From NCBI GenBank assembly GCA_013239625.1, contig MU053933.1, forward strand, positions 1,242,001 to 1,306,000: DNA of 64,000 nucleotides, in the 5' to 3' direction. Source of the stretch: Lama guanicoe (Eukaryota). A program made the translations under genes and the position numbers. Below the pieces are notes generated by a model. That model was not told the DNA's origin. It saw nothing but the letters and a program-made list of their open reading frames with translations, and did no database searches. This document shows positions 48,330-61,300 of this stretch, in pieces (positions within the stretch are counted from its first letter, which is position 1; each line of letters begins with the position of its first letter).

Positions 48330-48555
48330 GCAAAGCACAGAGCAGATGGTGTGCAGAGGTTGGGGTGACCGTTTAACACAGGAGGCGGGGAAAGCCTCCT
48401 TGACAGTATCATGTTTGGACACAGACCTGAGGGAAGTGAGGAGGCAGCCACCTGGAGAAAGAGCCATTCATGCCAAGGGAATGGCATGTGCAAAGGCCCT
48501 GGGGCAGTGGTATGCTTGTGTGTTCCAGGAGCAGGCCAGTGAGGCTGGAGAGGAG
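48330..48555 (-). mobile_element. L2 fragment
   Basis: AGACCTGAGGGAAGTGAGG...GGCATGTGCAAAGGCCCTGGGGCAG. Confidence 0.7.
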
Positions 48556-49589
48556 AGGTGGTCATAGGAGATTCTGATAGCGATTGCTTCGTGGACCCTG
48601 AAGATCTGAGACTTCTGCACCCCTCACCCTCTCCAAGCCTGTCTGCCTGCTCCTGTGCCCACCTGATCCAACCACCCTGGGCTCCGGTCCCTGAGGGAGG
48701 TGGGGTGCATGATGGATCCAAGACCCAGGGGCCACCCTCTTCTCCCTGGTGGGTGGGAACCAACACCTTGAGCCACAGCTATGGGCAAACCCTGGAGGTG
48801 TGCTTGCAGGTGTGACCTCAGTCAGCTCTCTCAGTGACTTCACCCTACTGGGGATGGTGTCCACTCCACAGAGATGAGGCTTTGAGAAGACTCAGTGGCC
48901 GGGTCCGGCACTCTGAGGTCGATCACTCCCTCCCATCTATTCTGGGGTTTTCCAGGGAGGATGATGCAGAGGCCACCTGGGGAGGGGCCGGGTCATCACC
49001 ATCCTTCCAGACGGGGGCCCATCAGCGCTCGGGAGAGGCAGGAAGCTCACGGCCCACTCAAAGTGAAGGCCTGAGTTCCAGTCCCAAGGGCCACCTGGGG
49101 AGGGGCGGATGGAGCAGGTGAGCACTTACAGGGGGCTTGGAGGAGCAGCGCTGAGCCGCGTGGGCCCGGTGGGAGGGTCAGCCCAGGGCTGGCTTCTCAC
49201 CTGGATACTGGGCTGAGCAAGGGTGAGAAACTGCAGAGACTTCCTCAATTAGAGATTTTTCTCTAAGCAAAGAGCTCTCACTTTATTCAGGTTACTTACT
49301 TTTCGTCTTTTTACTACACCTGTGCAGTATTTGATCTCTTTTGTCATTTGCTCTAGAAAACCCTTTTATTTGGAAAAAAATTTTAGATTCACAGAAGAGT
49401 TGCCAATTCCTGTATACCCTTCCTCCAGCTCCTCTAATATTAGATTATGATTATTTTTTGGCTACAAAAGTAATCTATGCTGCTTGGAGAAAGCATGAAA
49501 AATATAGAAAACAAAATAGTGTTTTTTTAAAGTTAACATCAGCACTAACAAATCCTGTCACTATTCAGAATCTTCCTTTTTAGTCTTTT

Positions 49590-50500
49590 TTCTCTTTTTT
49601 TTTTAAACATTTTTCCTTTGAAATAATTATAGATTCGCAGGAAGTTGCAAGGGGAGAAGAGAGAGTGGTCAGGGACCCTCCCCTCAGGCTCCCCCTGAAT
49701 GGTTACATCTTACGTCAGTGAAATATCAAAACCAGGAGAGCGGCGTCGGTGCAAGAGCCCGCCCTGCCGCGTCACCACGTGTGGGCCTGGAGCCGCCGCC
49801 GCCGTCCCGAGGCACGGGGCTCCGACACCTCAGGGCCTTCCCTGGGCTCCCCCTGTACAGTCACGCCCTCGGGGCCCTTCCTACCCCCGCCACCCCTCAC
49901 CTCTCTCCCCACATGGTCCGTCGTTTCCAGAGCGGCCTGTAAGTGGCGCCACGCAGGGGGCTGTGCGGGTTGTTTCTCTTCGTTGCTGCAGGGACTCCAG
50001 GCGCCGCCGCTGACTCACCCGCTCGCCTGCTGAAGGGTCTCTGGGGCGTTCCCTGTCTGGGGGGCGACAAAGCCGTCACGAAGGTCTGTGCACTTGTTTT
50101 GCAGCGGACGCTGGTTTTCATTTCCCTGGGATGGATGCCACACGTGGTTTTTGTGTTCTTTTTTAATTTGCGCAAATTTGTGAAATTTCCAGTTTTCCTT
50201 GCATTATTATTACTATTTTTTAGGTTGAAGTATTATCTTTTTTTATTGAACTGTAGTCAGGTTGCAGTGTGTCCATTTCTGGTGGACAGCATGATGTCTC
50301 AGTCAAACACATGCATACGCATATTGCTTTTCACATTCTTTTTCACCAGAATTTACTACAAGATATTGAATGTATAGTGTCACACAGTACACACATGTTT
50401 ATCTATTTTATATATTGTAGTCAGTATCTGCAGATCTCGGACTCCCAGTTTATCCCTCCCCTTCCTCCCCCTCCCGTCACCGTCAGTTTTCTATGTCTGC
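49590..50500 (-). mobile_element. Cluster of L1 3' fragments (L1MC-like, then a younger L1)
   Basis: TTTGAAATAATTATAGATTCGCAGGAAGTTGCAA at 49618; a younger L1 3'UTR at ~50235-50500 (TTACTACAAGATATTGAAT). Confidence 0.7.
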
Positions 50501-52029
50501 CGAAACCTCCTCTGTCACGGCTGCGTCATCTTGCGGCACCACTGCCGGCCGGGAGGGCCCCTCCTACAGTGCTTGGGCACCACCGTCACCTGACTTGGGA
50601 CCGAATTGTACAGACAGCTTGACAACCGCTTTGCATCCCTTGACGTGACCGTGTCTGCGTTTTCTCACGTGTTATATTTTCCTACAATTCCTTTAAGTTG
50701 CTGAAGAATATTCCAGCAGGTAGATCAACCGTTGACTTCAGTGACCAGTCATGCAGCTGCTCATTACTTAAACGTGGCCTGCGTGTCAGCTGCATGACGT
50801 GTGACAGGCCCAGTGCTTGGGGCTGTGACACAAAGTCAACCCACAGAAGGACACGTTGATCACAAGCAGACGAGTGCGGTGAGCAAGCTGCGTGAGGCTG
50901 TGAGGCTCTGAGGCTGCACCCTGGGTCTGCGGCAGAACCTGGGTTTAGGTTCAGGGAAGGTGCCTGCCAGCGTGCTGTCTGGACTGAGGTCCAGAGGAAA
51001 CGGGAATGTTCAGAAGCCAGGGCGGTCGGAGGGCTGGCTGGCTGGTGCAGTCCCATCTCGGCCAAGCTTATTTCTGATCATGTGCTTATTCAAGGTACAC
51101 TGAGCCCCCTTCCCCCGGGCAGGGACACATCTGTTCCGCTGCACACAGAGTATAGAATCTCTTCGCACACAAGAGGTCTTTGCACATAGCTTTGATTTTT
51201 GCTTAGATGAAATCCCTGCAAGGGAAGTGGCTGGTGGCTAAATGCTGCTTACAATTTACAGGGTCTAAGTACTGTTTTGACCTTAGTGACCATTCATTTA
51301 CCTCCCAGACTCCAGACTTGCTGGGACTGTCTCTAGACCACAGTAGTACCATGGGCATCGCAGCAGACACTGGGACCCGCCCACCCCCTCCCCACCCTGA
51401 GCTGGGCCCCCAAATCCTGAGACCTGCATGGATGACCTCGTGCAGATAGGTGTAAGCTGAGCTCTCCAGAGCAGCCCTGGATCCAAGCCTGTTACCCAAG
51501 GAAGTGGCCCCCGCTGTAGGCCAGTGCCCTGGGTTGGTTTGCCGGCCAGGGTGGGGAGGGAGCTGCAAAGATGGGAGGGTTTTGCACCGTGGGATGGGTA
51601 GAAGGGGCTGGGTGCTAGGCTCCTGGGCCTAGACGTAGAGGCAGAAATGACTGGGACCCACCTCTGGCCTCCCCGCTCTGCCCCATCAAGAACTTCCTAC
51701 TGCCCGTCCACTTTGCCAGGGCAGATGGGGATGGGCGCTCTTGTGGGAACTGGTGATTGAGAAGGACGTTGCTTTCCGGTCCCCAGGCCACCAGCTGATG
51801 GAGACCCTGCAGGGAGGAGCTGCGCTCCCCAAAGAATCCTGGGGCGCTGTCATCTCACCTGGTGGAGGCCCAGGTGCCTGGGCACCGAGCAGCGGGTGTG
51901 CGCTCAGACTGCGATGGCTTCTCTCAACACACTTTCCTTTGACTTGCAAGCTGGCACTGGACAGCGAGGAGGTCACTCTGCAGGGACACCGATACCGCGG
52001 CAGCTAGCCGTCCGGACGCCCCTGCAGCC

Positions 52030-52483
52030 CTCCCACCTGTGCACGCATCCGCTCCCCCCGCATCAAGAGATAGGGCTTGACTCCCCCTCGCTGAAATCCG
52101 CAGCCCCTGTGACTGCCTTTGACCCAGCGACCGCAGCAGCGGCCACGCTCTGAGAAGTCCAAGCCTTGGCCTCAAGAGACCGGACGGAGTGCCGAATTCC
52201 TGCCGCTGTGGACCCAGCTGCCGCACGGGGAGGCCATCCGAGCAGCTACGAGGCGAGGCCTCGCGGAGGAGCGCCAGGGCCCCCGGCCGCCCACCCCCGC
52301 GCCCGTGGCCACAGCCACACAGCCTGCAGCCTCGCGGCTGAGGCTGTCTTGGACCCGGAACCCCAGCGGCGCTGGGACAGCTGAGCCCAAACCAGCCTCA
52401 TGAAGGGCAACAAATGGTCGGGTTTTATTCTTAGTCACCGAGTTTGGGGGGACTTCGTCACTGAGCAATAGATGAATGAAACA
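52030..52483 (+). mobile_element. Old MaLR LTR (MLT1F/G/H-like), GC-enriched
   Basis: CCTGTGACTGCCTTTGACC...GCCTTGGCCTCAAGAG...GAGTTTGGGGG...AGCAATAGATGAATGAAACA. Confidence 0.6.
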
Positions 52484-55097
52484 GAAATGGGCACATCGGC
52501 CTCTGCACACCGGGTGTTGGCCCAGGCTCCAGAAACGGCTCGGCCGGAGCCTGGAGCCCCGGGTGCCGGCGGGCCAGTGCCCTTGTTCTGAAGCCAGCGA
52601 TGCTTCTGCAGAGCCCGTGTCGTGTTCCTAGAAACCACGTCTCGGGAGGACCCCGCGGTCCTGCGACCCCCTCCCTGACCGTGGCCGGTTTCCTCCGACC
52701 TGTGCTCAGCCCGGAGCGAGAGGCTTCCGGGCTCCCCTGGGAAGAGCTTCAGTAACCTCGGGCGGCTGGAGGCGGGCACCGGGTGTTGGCCTGAGTCTCG
52801 GAGGTTAGGGACGTGCCGTCTTCCCTGGGGAGGAGCCCTCCTGCCACCCCCCATTGAGGGGGGGGTGGAGCTGGGACCCCCTAGCCCGCCCTGGTCTGGA
52901 GGACTGCTGTCTCTTCACCGGCGGGTCCTGCTCCCGCCGCATTTTCCAGGAGTCACATGGGCCTCGCGGCGGGATGGGTGCCAGGCTGGAGCCGCGACAG
53001 TCACCCACAAAGACTCTCATGTCTCGATTCTGGGCGACAGACTCTCTGAGAGACTCTGTTTCCCACAGAATGTGCTACCCGACTGTGGACTCGCCTGTGC
53101 ATTAAAAACCCTCTGGAGGCCGGTTCCTCCCTCAGCACTGCCTTCCCCGCAGGAACAAGACCGGGGGACCTCCCTTCCATCCGCGAAGGCGAGAAAGGCA
53201 GGGAGGCGGGCGGATCCAACGGGCTGGGTGCAAACCAGGGAACCATCTGGCTCCCGTCTGCCTGCCTCCCCCATGATGGAATTTTCTGGCTTAATGCTCT
53301 CCCCATCCGTCCTTCTGGAGCTGGACACCAGCTCCCCTTCCGCCTTGTGTTCTGGCGCTTTCGGGCCTCTCCTGTGGGAGCAGGAGGGCGTGACGAGGAC
53401 GGGGGTGGTGACAGCAGCGCCTCTCCAGGGAGCAGCTCAGGTCCGTATCGCACTGCCGTTCCCACGTCATCGGAACATTTTAGGAGGCACACGCCACGGC
53501 CACACGACAGGAAGGTGGCCAAGGTGCTGAAAGGCCGGCCCTGGCTCCCAGCCTGGGAAGTTCCGGGCCGGGTGGGGCGGTGGGGAGGGGCTGGGCAAGG
53601 GTGCAGGCAGGGCACGGGCTGGTGTTCTGCTGGTGCTGATGACGCTTGTCCCACTGGCCGAGGACACCTGAGACTGACCTTCCCGCCACCCCCTACCCCG
53701 GGGGCTGTGTGAGTGTTGGGGGTGGGACGTGCAGAGCCCTGGGCAACATCCAGCCAGCCAGCACTCGCCAGGGCTACTGAGACTGCCTCGGCCTCTGCCG
53801 GGAGTGGCAAGTCCACCTGCGACAGGGACCAGTGACCCAGCAGCCTCCACGACTTCACCACTTCATCTCCAGTCCTCCCGGGGGAGCGCTGGTCTTAGCC
53901 ATCGATGGAAGGAAGGGGGGCGAGGGATGAGCCCGGGGAGTGTGTGAATGTGGTACTGGAGCCTCCGTCGGGGCCTTGACCGGACTTGTTTGAGTGGCTC
54001 CGAGGCCCTGCTGTTAGGAGTAAGCGTGGGGACCCCGCCCTTCTCAGCATCTCTTGGAGCTGTGGGTCTTGGGGTCCCAGGCCTGTGAGGAGGGGGTGGC
54101 AGGGGAGGCACAGGGCCTGCAGCCTTGCACCTGCACTCCCTCTCGCCCATCTACACCTCAGGTCACACGTCAGAGCGTTTCCCACCCCACCCCTGTCATC
54201 CCCCACCCCCAGACACGGCTGGGCCAGGTGGCAGTAACTGGGCAGGTGGCCCTTCTAAAGCCTGGGTGTGAGGGGCTGGTAAACAAAGCTGTGCAGGGAC
54301 CACCTTCTGGGGAAAACCGCATTGCAAGCTCAGGAGTGTTTCAGGTTGCCCTCACTCCTCATGGGGGCAGCTAAGGCCTTCCTTACACTCCCCGCCGAAG
54401 CCCAAATTCCTGCTGGATGCAGCGGGCAGCTCTGGGCACTGGGCTGCCTTGGTGTCCCCAGTTGCCTGCGGCCTCCAGCCTGGGCTGAATCTTTCAGCCA
54501 CCGCCAATCCTGCCCGGGGAGTTCTGACAAGGCCTCACATCCCAGCAACAGTGGCCCATACAGCCAGAGGGGACGTGGGTAGAGAGAGGCCTTCTCTCCT
54601 GCACTACCACCCCGCCTACCCTCAAGGAAGCCCTGATGGTGAAGTTGGAGGGCAGCAGCTCTGGGAATTGAACCAAGGTTCTAGTTGTCCCTCCAGGACC
54701 CAAGCTCATGCAGAGTGAAGTGGCCCAGCTCGAAGGGTCTCTCCTGATGTGAGGGCAGGCGCAGGGGCAGCTCTCCTGCTTAGCTGAGGCATGGAACAGT
54801 GAAAACTGCTCTGCGGGTGCCATGAGGACCAGTGTGATACAGGGCATGCTCAGGGCTGGCTCTTCGGGGCACTCAGGTCCACATTCTCCCTCACCTGGTG
54901 CTGATGACGAGCTGGGCGTGTCCTGCAGGTGCCCTTCCCTGGAGTGGGTGGGCTTCCTGACGTAGCTGTGTCCTCTGACACAGACAGCACTTGTGACTTA
55001 GGAGATTCAGGTGATGGTCAAGCAAAAAACAACATAAAATGTTTAGCAGCAATTCTCCTTCCTCCTCAATTCTCTCCCCAGCCCTCTCTCTTAAAAA

Positions 55098-55420
55098 AAT
55101 TTAATAGATTATTTTTAGATCAGTTTTAGGTTCATAGCAAAATTGAGTGGAAGGTGTAGAGGTTTCCCACACGCTCCCTGCCCAGACACAGGCACAGCCT
55201 CCCCACCTCAGCACCCCCCCGGAGGGTGCATCCGTCACAGATGCCCTGATGCATCGTTGTCTCCCAAAGCCCACGGTTTCTGCTGGGTTCGCTCTTGGTT
55301 TTGCGCATTCTACGGGTTTGGACATGTGTCTGATGAAGTGAATCCACCATCACGATATCCTGCAGAGTAACTCCACTGCCCTAAAACCCTCTGTGCTCTC
55401 CTCCTGGTCCTCCCCCCTCT
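55098..55420 (-). mobile_element. L1MC-like 3' end
   Basis: CAGTTTTAGGTTCATAGCAAAATTGAGTGGAAGGT...CATTCTACGGGTTTGGACA...CACTGCCCTAAAA. Confidence 0.8.
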
Positions 55421-55751
55421 CTTTTTTAATGGATACTTTACTAGATTCCAGACCTCGGTGCACAGACTGGCCTGATGGTGAGCTGTGGTTCGCAGCACAC
55501 TCTCCACATCGGTCCCTGCTTGATGCACTTTTACTTTACGATAATGATAATCGCGTAATGACCACCACACCCGCCCAGCAGCCCCAGAACCGGGACTTGG
55601 CCAGTAACTTCCATCTGCCTCCACGTTCCCCACCTCAAGCCCCTCCTCCTCCAGCACAGGTGAACGTGACTCTGCTCTTGGCGTCCATTTTATTTGTAGT
55701 TTCTCAGCCTTGATTTTTCCTATTCAACATTATATTCCCCAGGTTTGTTTG

Positions 55752-56248
55752 TGTCAACTGAAATGAAAGGCATAACCTAAAAGCTGAGTGTTCTGTTTTA
55801 TTCAGTGGACTTTCTGAGGACTTAAGCCCGGGAGGCAGCCTCTCAGATCGCTCTGAGGGACGGTTCCAAAGGGACAAGGTAGAAGCCAGGATATAGGAGC
55901 TTTTGCAGCAAAGACCAGGTGGTTGGAACATCAAAAGATGACTGTTAACTGAAGAAAACCAGACCTCTCACGTCAAGGGAGTCAGCACTTTCCTGTGTGG
56001 GAAGGTGCAAGGTCTGGGCTCGTAGAAGTCACTCCACTGATGTGCACCTAACAGTCCAGGGCCCGTGACCTGTGCATCCACATCCTGAGTCCCCTCGGGG
56101 CACTGCTGGGGGCGGCAGCAGAGGCTGGGCTGCCCGCCTGTCTGCATCCCGAGTCCCTGCACTCGCTGTCGGGGTGGCGGTAGCGGCGGGTGACCCGGTG
56201 GCCGCGCCGTCCTGTGTGCGGATGTGGCTGAGGAGGTCCCCGTGCACA
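55752..56248 (-). mobile_element. ERV1-type solo LTR nested in an old L1
   Basis: TGTCAACTG...GTGCACA ends, TTTTATT near the left end (poly(A) signal on the minus strand), and TSD-like TTTG/CTTG flanks. Confidence 0.7.
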
Positions 56249-56249
56249 C

Positions 56250-57830
56250 TTGTGTTCTGTGGGCAGCTGCAGGCATTCAGTGTCACCGCGGCAGAGCTTC
56301 TCATCGTGTGGTCACACCACAGATGATCCGTTCTCTCTTGTCCCGCTGCTCTGGCGTTCGCTCTTACGAACAGGCCTCCTGGACACACCCACTGAGAACC
56401 CTCTTGGGAGGGGAGCTAAGAATGAAATTGGGGTCATGGGGACGCAAAGCTTTAACTTGACAAGAAAATGCCTGTTTTGCAAAATGGTTGCATCACTTTA
56501 CACTCCACCAGCCGGCAACGTGTAAGAGGCCTGGGGATCCACATCCTCTCCAACACTTGGAATTATCAAAAATGTTTTGGGCCAGCCAAGTGTGCGCAGA
56601 GCTTCGTCTCCTCCTGACCGCAGCGAGCGCGGGCCTCCCCCGCCGGCAGCGGCCCGCCGCTCTCCCGGGCGCGCCCGCGCCGCTCCGCCGCCCGGGTTCC
56701 CGTGCTGTGGCTGACGGAGCCCTGGGGCTTTGTCAGTCCTGACACTTGTCCTCGGTTGGCTTTGCGTGCAGTGGGGATTAGCGCCCAGCTTGCTGCTCTT
56801 CTTCGCACTTCCACGAAGGCGTATTTTGTTGAGTAAAAGTACTTAATTCTAATGTAGTCAGATTTGTCCATTTTATCTCATCTGTTGTTAAGGTTTTTGT
56901 GTCCTCATGCAGGAAATCCGTCCCTACCCTGAGGGCACATAGATGTCACCTGTGCCTTCTTTTTTTCTCTCTTTGGTGGTGGTGGGGTAATTAGATATTT
57001 ATTTATTTACTTACTTATTCATTTCTTTATTTATTTTAGTGGAGGTGCAAGGGATTGACCCCAGGACCTCATGCATGCTAAGCTCGCGCTCTACCACTGA
57101 GCTCTACCGTCCCTTCCCTGATGCAACCATCTTTGTAGGACACAACCTGCCGCATCTGTGCAACCAGCCCCCAGATCAGGGTGTAAAATATTTCCAGTGA
57201 CCAGCTGGCTCCCTGGGCGCCTTCCAGCCCACACCAGCCCCCGGAGGTAATTACTGCTCTGATCCCGATCACGCACATTCGTTCCGCAATCACAAATACC
57301 TGCTGGATATGCCCGTAGAGCCCTGCAGGGGGCGCTTTGGGGTCTGGACTCGTGGCTCAACATCCTGTTGTGAGGGCCTGAGCCGTGCTCCATGGACGCC
57401 AACCTGCCCGTCTTGCGTCTGTGCGGCGTCCTGCTGTGCGATGTGCAGTCTGTCCATCCCACTCTGGACAGAGCGGTTGGCTGCCGTGTTGACGGTTGTG
57501 GACGATGGCGCGGTAAACAGGGCCGCTCACTTCTGTTGGGTCTTGGGTCGTCAGAGGTTTGCACGTTCAGACTCAGTAGACGCTGGCAGACAACTTTCTG
57601 AAGGAACTGTACGTTCTACTCACCAGCAATGAGAGGGAGCTCCGTCCCCACAGACGGTAAGTTTCAGCCCTTCTGGTGGGGAGGGGGGTGTGGCGTTGTC
57701 TCACTCGTGTCTTAAATGGCGTGTCCCTGATGGGTGACGGTGCTAGGTCCTTTTTCTGATTTATTGGTCATTTGGGTAACCTTTCTAAAAAGTGCTTTTT
57801 CAAGTCTTCCACTCATTTATTTAAAATTGG
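56250..57830 (-). mobile_element. Old L1 (L1MD/ME-like) fragments, interrupted by a SINE
   Basis: TTTACACTCCACCAGC...CCACATCCTCTCCAACACTTGG, TTAATTCTAATGTAGTC and TTATTGGTCATTTGG motifs. Confidence 0.65.
56960..57118 (-). mobile_element. tRNA-derived SINE, camelid Vic-1 type, long tail
   Basis: Reverse complement reads GGTAGAGCTCAGTGGTAGAGCGCGAGCTTAGCATGCATGAGGTCCTGGGGTCAATCCC...CCTCCAC, then an AATA-rich tail and CTAATTACCCC. Confidence 0.88.
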
Positions 57831-57837
57831 GTTGTCA

Positions 57838-58327
57838 AGCATAAGTGTCCATCAACAGATGAATGGATAAAGATGTGAGACACACACACACACACACACA
57901 CGATGGAACACCACTCAGCCATAAAAAAGGACGAAACACTACCATTTGTAACAGCATGGATGGACTGGGTGGTGTGAACCGTAGTGAAATAAGTCAGACA
58001 GAGAAAACCAAATACCACATGTCATCACTTACACGGAACCTAAAAACTAAAACTAACCAGTGAGTATAACAAAACAGAAACAGACCTACAGACGCAGGGG
58101 ACAAACCCATGGCTCCCCGGGTGGTGGGGAAGGGAGGCAGGGCTTTGAGAGGCACGAGCCTCTGTGTGAAGTGAACGAGCTGCAGGACGCGCTGCGCCTC
58201 CCAGGGCGGCGGCCGGTGTGTCACGGTAACTGTAAACAGCCTCTGAAAGTTGTGAGTCACTGTGGTGTAGACCTGAAACCCCTGTAACACTGGATATCAG
58301 CTACATGGCCATTAAAAAAAGAAGAAA
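57838..58327 (+). mobile_element. 5'-truncated L1 3' end with internal (CA)n
   Basis: AAGTGTCCATCAACAGATGAATGGATAAAG...AGTGAAATAAGTCAGACAGAGAAA, ending in an A tail. Degenerate TSD AAATTGGGTTGT / AGATTGGGCTGC. Confidence 0.88.
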
Positions 58328-61300
58328 CAGATTGGGCTGCTAGGCTCTCTCTTACTTGTGGGAGTTTGTCACCCTGGGCGCAGCCGTCTGTTGGGCATGA
58401 CCTGGAGGTGACAGGCTCAGGGTTTGGGGTGTGTCTTCTGCAAGACTGTCCTCACTTCGGACACCGGCTCAGGGTCCCTCAGGTCTCCAGCCCGACCCTG
58501 CTGCCTTCCCTGGGGATGGGGCTCTCACACTTCAACTGACTGGTTGTCTGACTCTGGGCGACCACTTCCAGGAGGCAGAGACCACCAGAAGCCTCGGGGT
58601 TGTTGTGGGGAGGGATGACTGGCCCTCTGGGCCTGGGCTCAGGGCCCCAGAGGAGGTGTGAGCAGGGGCGGCCTTCTGTGAACAGCCGCTGACCCACGTT
58701 TCCCAGATGGCAGACAGCTCTCAGGCCGGCTCTGGACCCTGTGTCGAGGGGAGGGGTCCGAAGGCTCCAGGGGCGCCCGAGAGGAGTGGGCCCTGCTGCC
58801 AGCGCTGCCCGGTCCCCGGCCCTTCTCCCCCCGGTGGAGATGGTGCGCGGTGCTCAGGGGCAGTGGAGGAGGGGCTGCGTGGAGACCGGCAGAGGCAGGA
58901 GCGCAGGGGCCAAAGGCCCCCTCCCCGTGAACTCCTCAGGGACCTGGGCTCAGCTGGCCGCGCAGGGGGTGGAACTTCTCCCAGGGGGCATTTTGAGAAA
59001 GCTGGCAACTTCTTTCGGAAAAGCACGAGAAATGCTTGCTGTCAGGACTGGATGGGAGAGGCTTTGCTCCATGACCAGCTCGGGGGATGGGTTGGGGACA
59101 TCAGGGGCTGTGACCAGAGGGGAGCCAAGCTAGTCGGCCGCCCGTGCTGCGCACGGCTCAGACCAGAGGGCCAGGCGGGCTCTGGGATGGCCCTGTCTCT
59201 GGGGAGAAGGATGGCAGACCTGCCCACGCACTCACACGCACGCACACACTGACACACACGTTCACACTCCTGTGCATGGACGCTGGCACGGAACCGCCAC
59301 ACACCCAGCACACGCCCAGGCGTAAGGAGCCGCAGCCCACAAGCGGGCAGCGCAGACGCGGGGCGCGGCCCTCGGACGTGCCTGTCGTGGGGGCAGCTCT
59401 TCCCCGGGGGTGCGCTGACGCTTCATTCCGACCTGAGACTCGTACGGGAGGCAGGCGCCAAGCACTCCCAGCAGGAGGGCCGCCTGACTGTTAGACGTGG
59501 GTCCTGTTGTGTCATCAGCTTTGGCCGGAGTCTCCTGTGTCCACGGAGCAGGCAGCTGTTGCGGGGGGGGGGCGTGTGTCACGTCTGCTCAGGCGAGGGG
59601 GGGCACGGGGAGCACCCCCAGGTCCCCACAGTCCCCACGTTCTGCCGCTGTAAGCTCAGGCTGCCCGTCGTGCAGAGCTGGGGCTCCTCATGGGGACAGC
59701 AGGCTCCCTTCCAGGCTCAGCCCCAGGCAGCCCGTTGGCCGCAGCCACAACCCACTGGCCGACGCTCAGCTGGCCGCCTTGTCCACCCTGAAGGTCGCCC
59801 CCATCAGGGTGCAGGGGGGTCCTTTCCTTCGTCCTCCTCCGACTCCCCCGGGGGGCCCTGAGGCTGTGTGTTAGTATTTCACAAAGTGCTTCTTTGCAGC
59901 AGTCCTACCGCATTGCAAGGGGTTTTATTTAAACTCTTGAAATATACTTACTTTTGGCCCAAGTTCAGGTGGATGACAGCTTCGCATTGAAAGTGAGCTT
60001 CCGGAGCCCTGGGGTCTGTGGCACACTCACCTCTGGGCAAGTGGGGTGATGGTGACTCACCTGGAGAGAGAAGCGTCTCTGAGCAGCGAAGCCCCCCACA
60101 CACGGGGCCGCGGCACCTGGCGCGAGATGTTCAGACCAAACCGGCACAGAGACAACAGCCTAGAAAAAACATCCTTGAAACACACGAGATGGAAGGTTAT
60201 GGTTCTTTTGCATGAGAGACATTTGGAAGCAGGCATTTGTAGCCAGGCGCAGCAGCAGGGGCCTGCTGGCCGCGGCTCACTGCGTCCCCACCCTAGTACA
60301 GCACTAAGGTATCACCTGAGGTCCCAAATGGCTCTGGGGCTCCAGTCAAAGCCTGGGCACACATAGCTGGGCCCTTTGGGTGGCTGGTGCCCTCCTGGCC
60401 TGATGGTCCTCTTTCCTTCCCTGATTCCATCTGCCTTGGCCTCCCAGCCTGTTTATTCAGGGCCTGCGGTCACTTGTGGATCTCAGGGGGTTGGCCCTGC
60501 CCTTTGAACCTCTCGAAGTGCCACCCCAGCCTCCCAGGTCATCTCAGGTCCACCTGAGGTGTGAGTGGACAGGCAGTGTCCTGGGGTGAGATTTCATAGC
60601 CTGGGGGGATTGCCTCTCCTCCCCGTCACTGCCCCAACTCCAATAGGCAGCTGTCGGTTGCAGGAGGAAGTGTTTGGTGTGAGGACGAGGAATAGATTTG
60701 CACATAACCCCCTGAGAGGGGACTTTATTGACAGTCCACTGCCTGCCTGCCACTTTGCCTGATTTCCTTGCCTCCGTTCAGGGCCTCTTGGCAGGGTGGG
60801 GGAACCAGCCCATCCTGCAGGTGCAGAAACTGAGGCCCTAAGTTCCCATTGAGTCTGTGGCTGGGAAGGAAGGAAAAGGCCGAGAGAGCTCAACTCAGGC
60901 TCAACTCAGTTAGGTTTCCTGACGGCAAACACAGGACGCGCTGGCCCCTGTGGAGGCACCCGGCGCTGGTCCCCTCCCCGCCCAGCCGCCCAAGCCTCCT
61001 GTGTATCCAGGCCCATGTGTGCCCCTGCAGACCCGTGTCAACACGAGAAACCCACACGTGCTCCACATTCCCGGCCAGAAGCCCGTCCCTGAGGACAGCA
61101 GGGCGGGCAGCACGCGTCCCTTAGGAAGCCGGTCCTGGTCATCTGACGTCGCCCTGCGGCCGGCACATTCCGGAGGTCCCCGGGGATGCTGCCCCGCGTC
61201 TCCCAGTCTGGCCACCTTCCCACGAGGGTGGTGGCCTCCTCTCGTACGTGACTGCCCGCGTGTGCACATGCCTGGCCACGTGTGGGCGTGTGCCCAGGGC

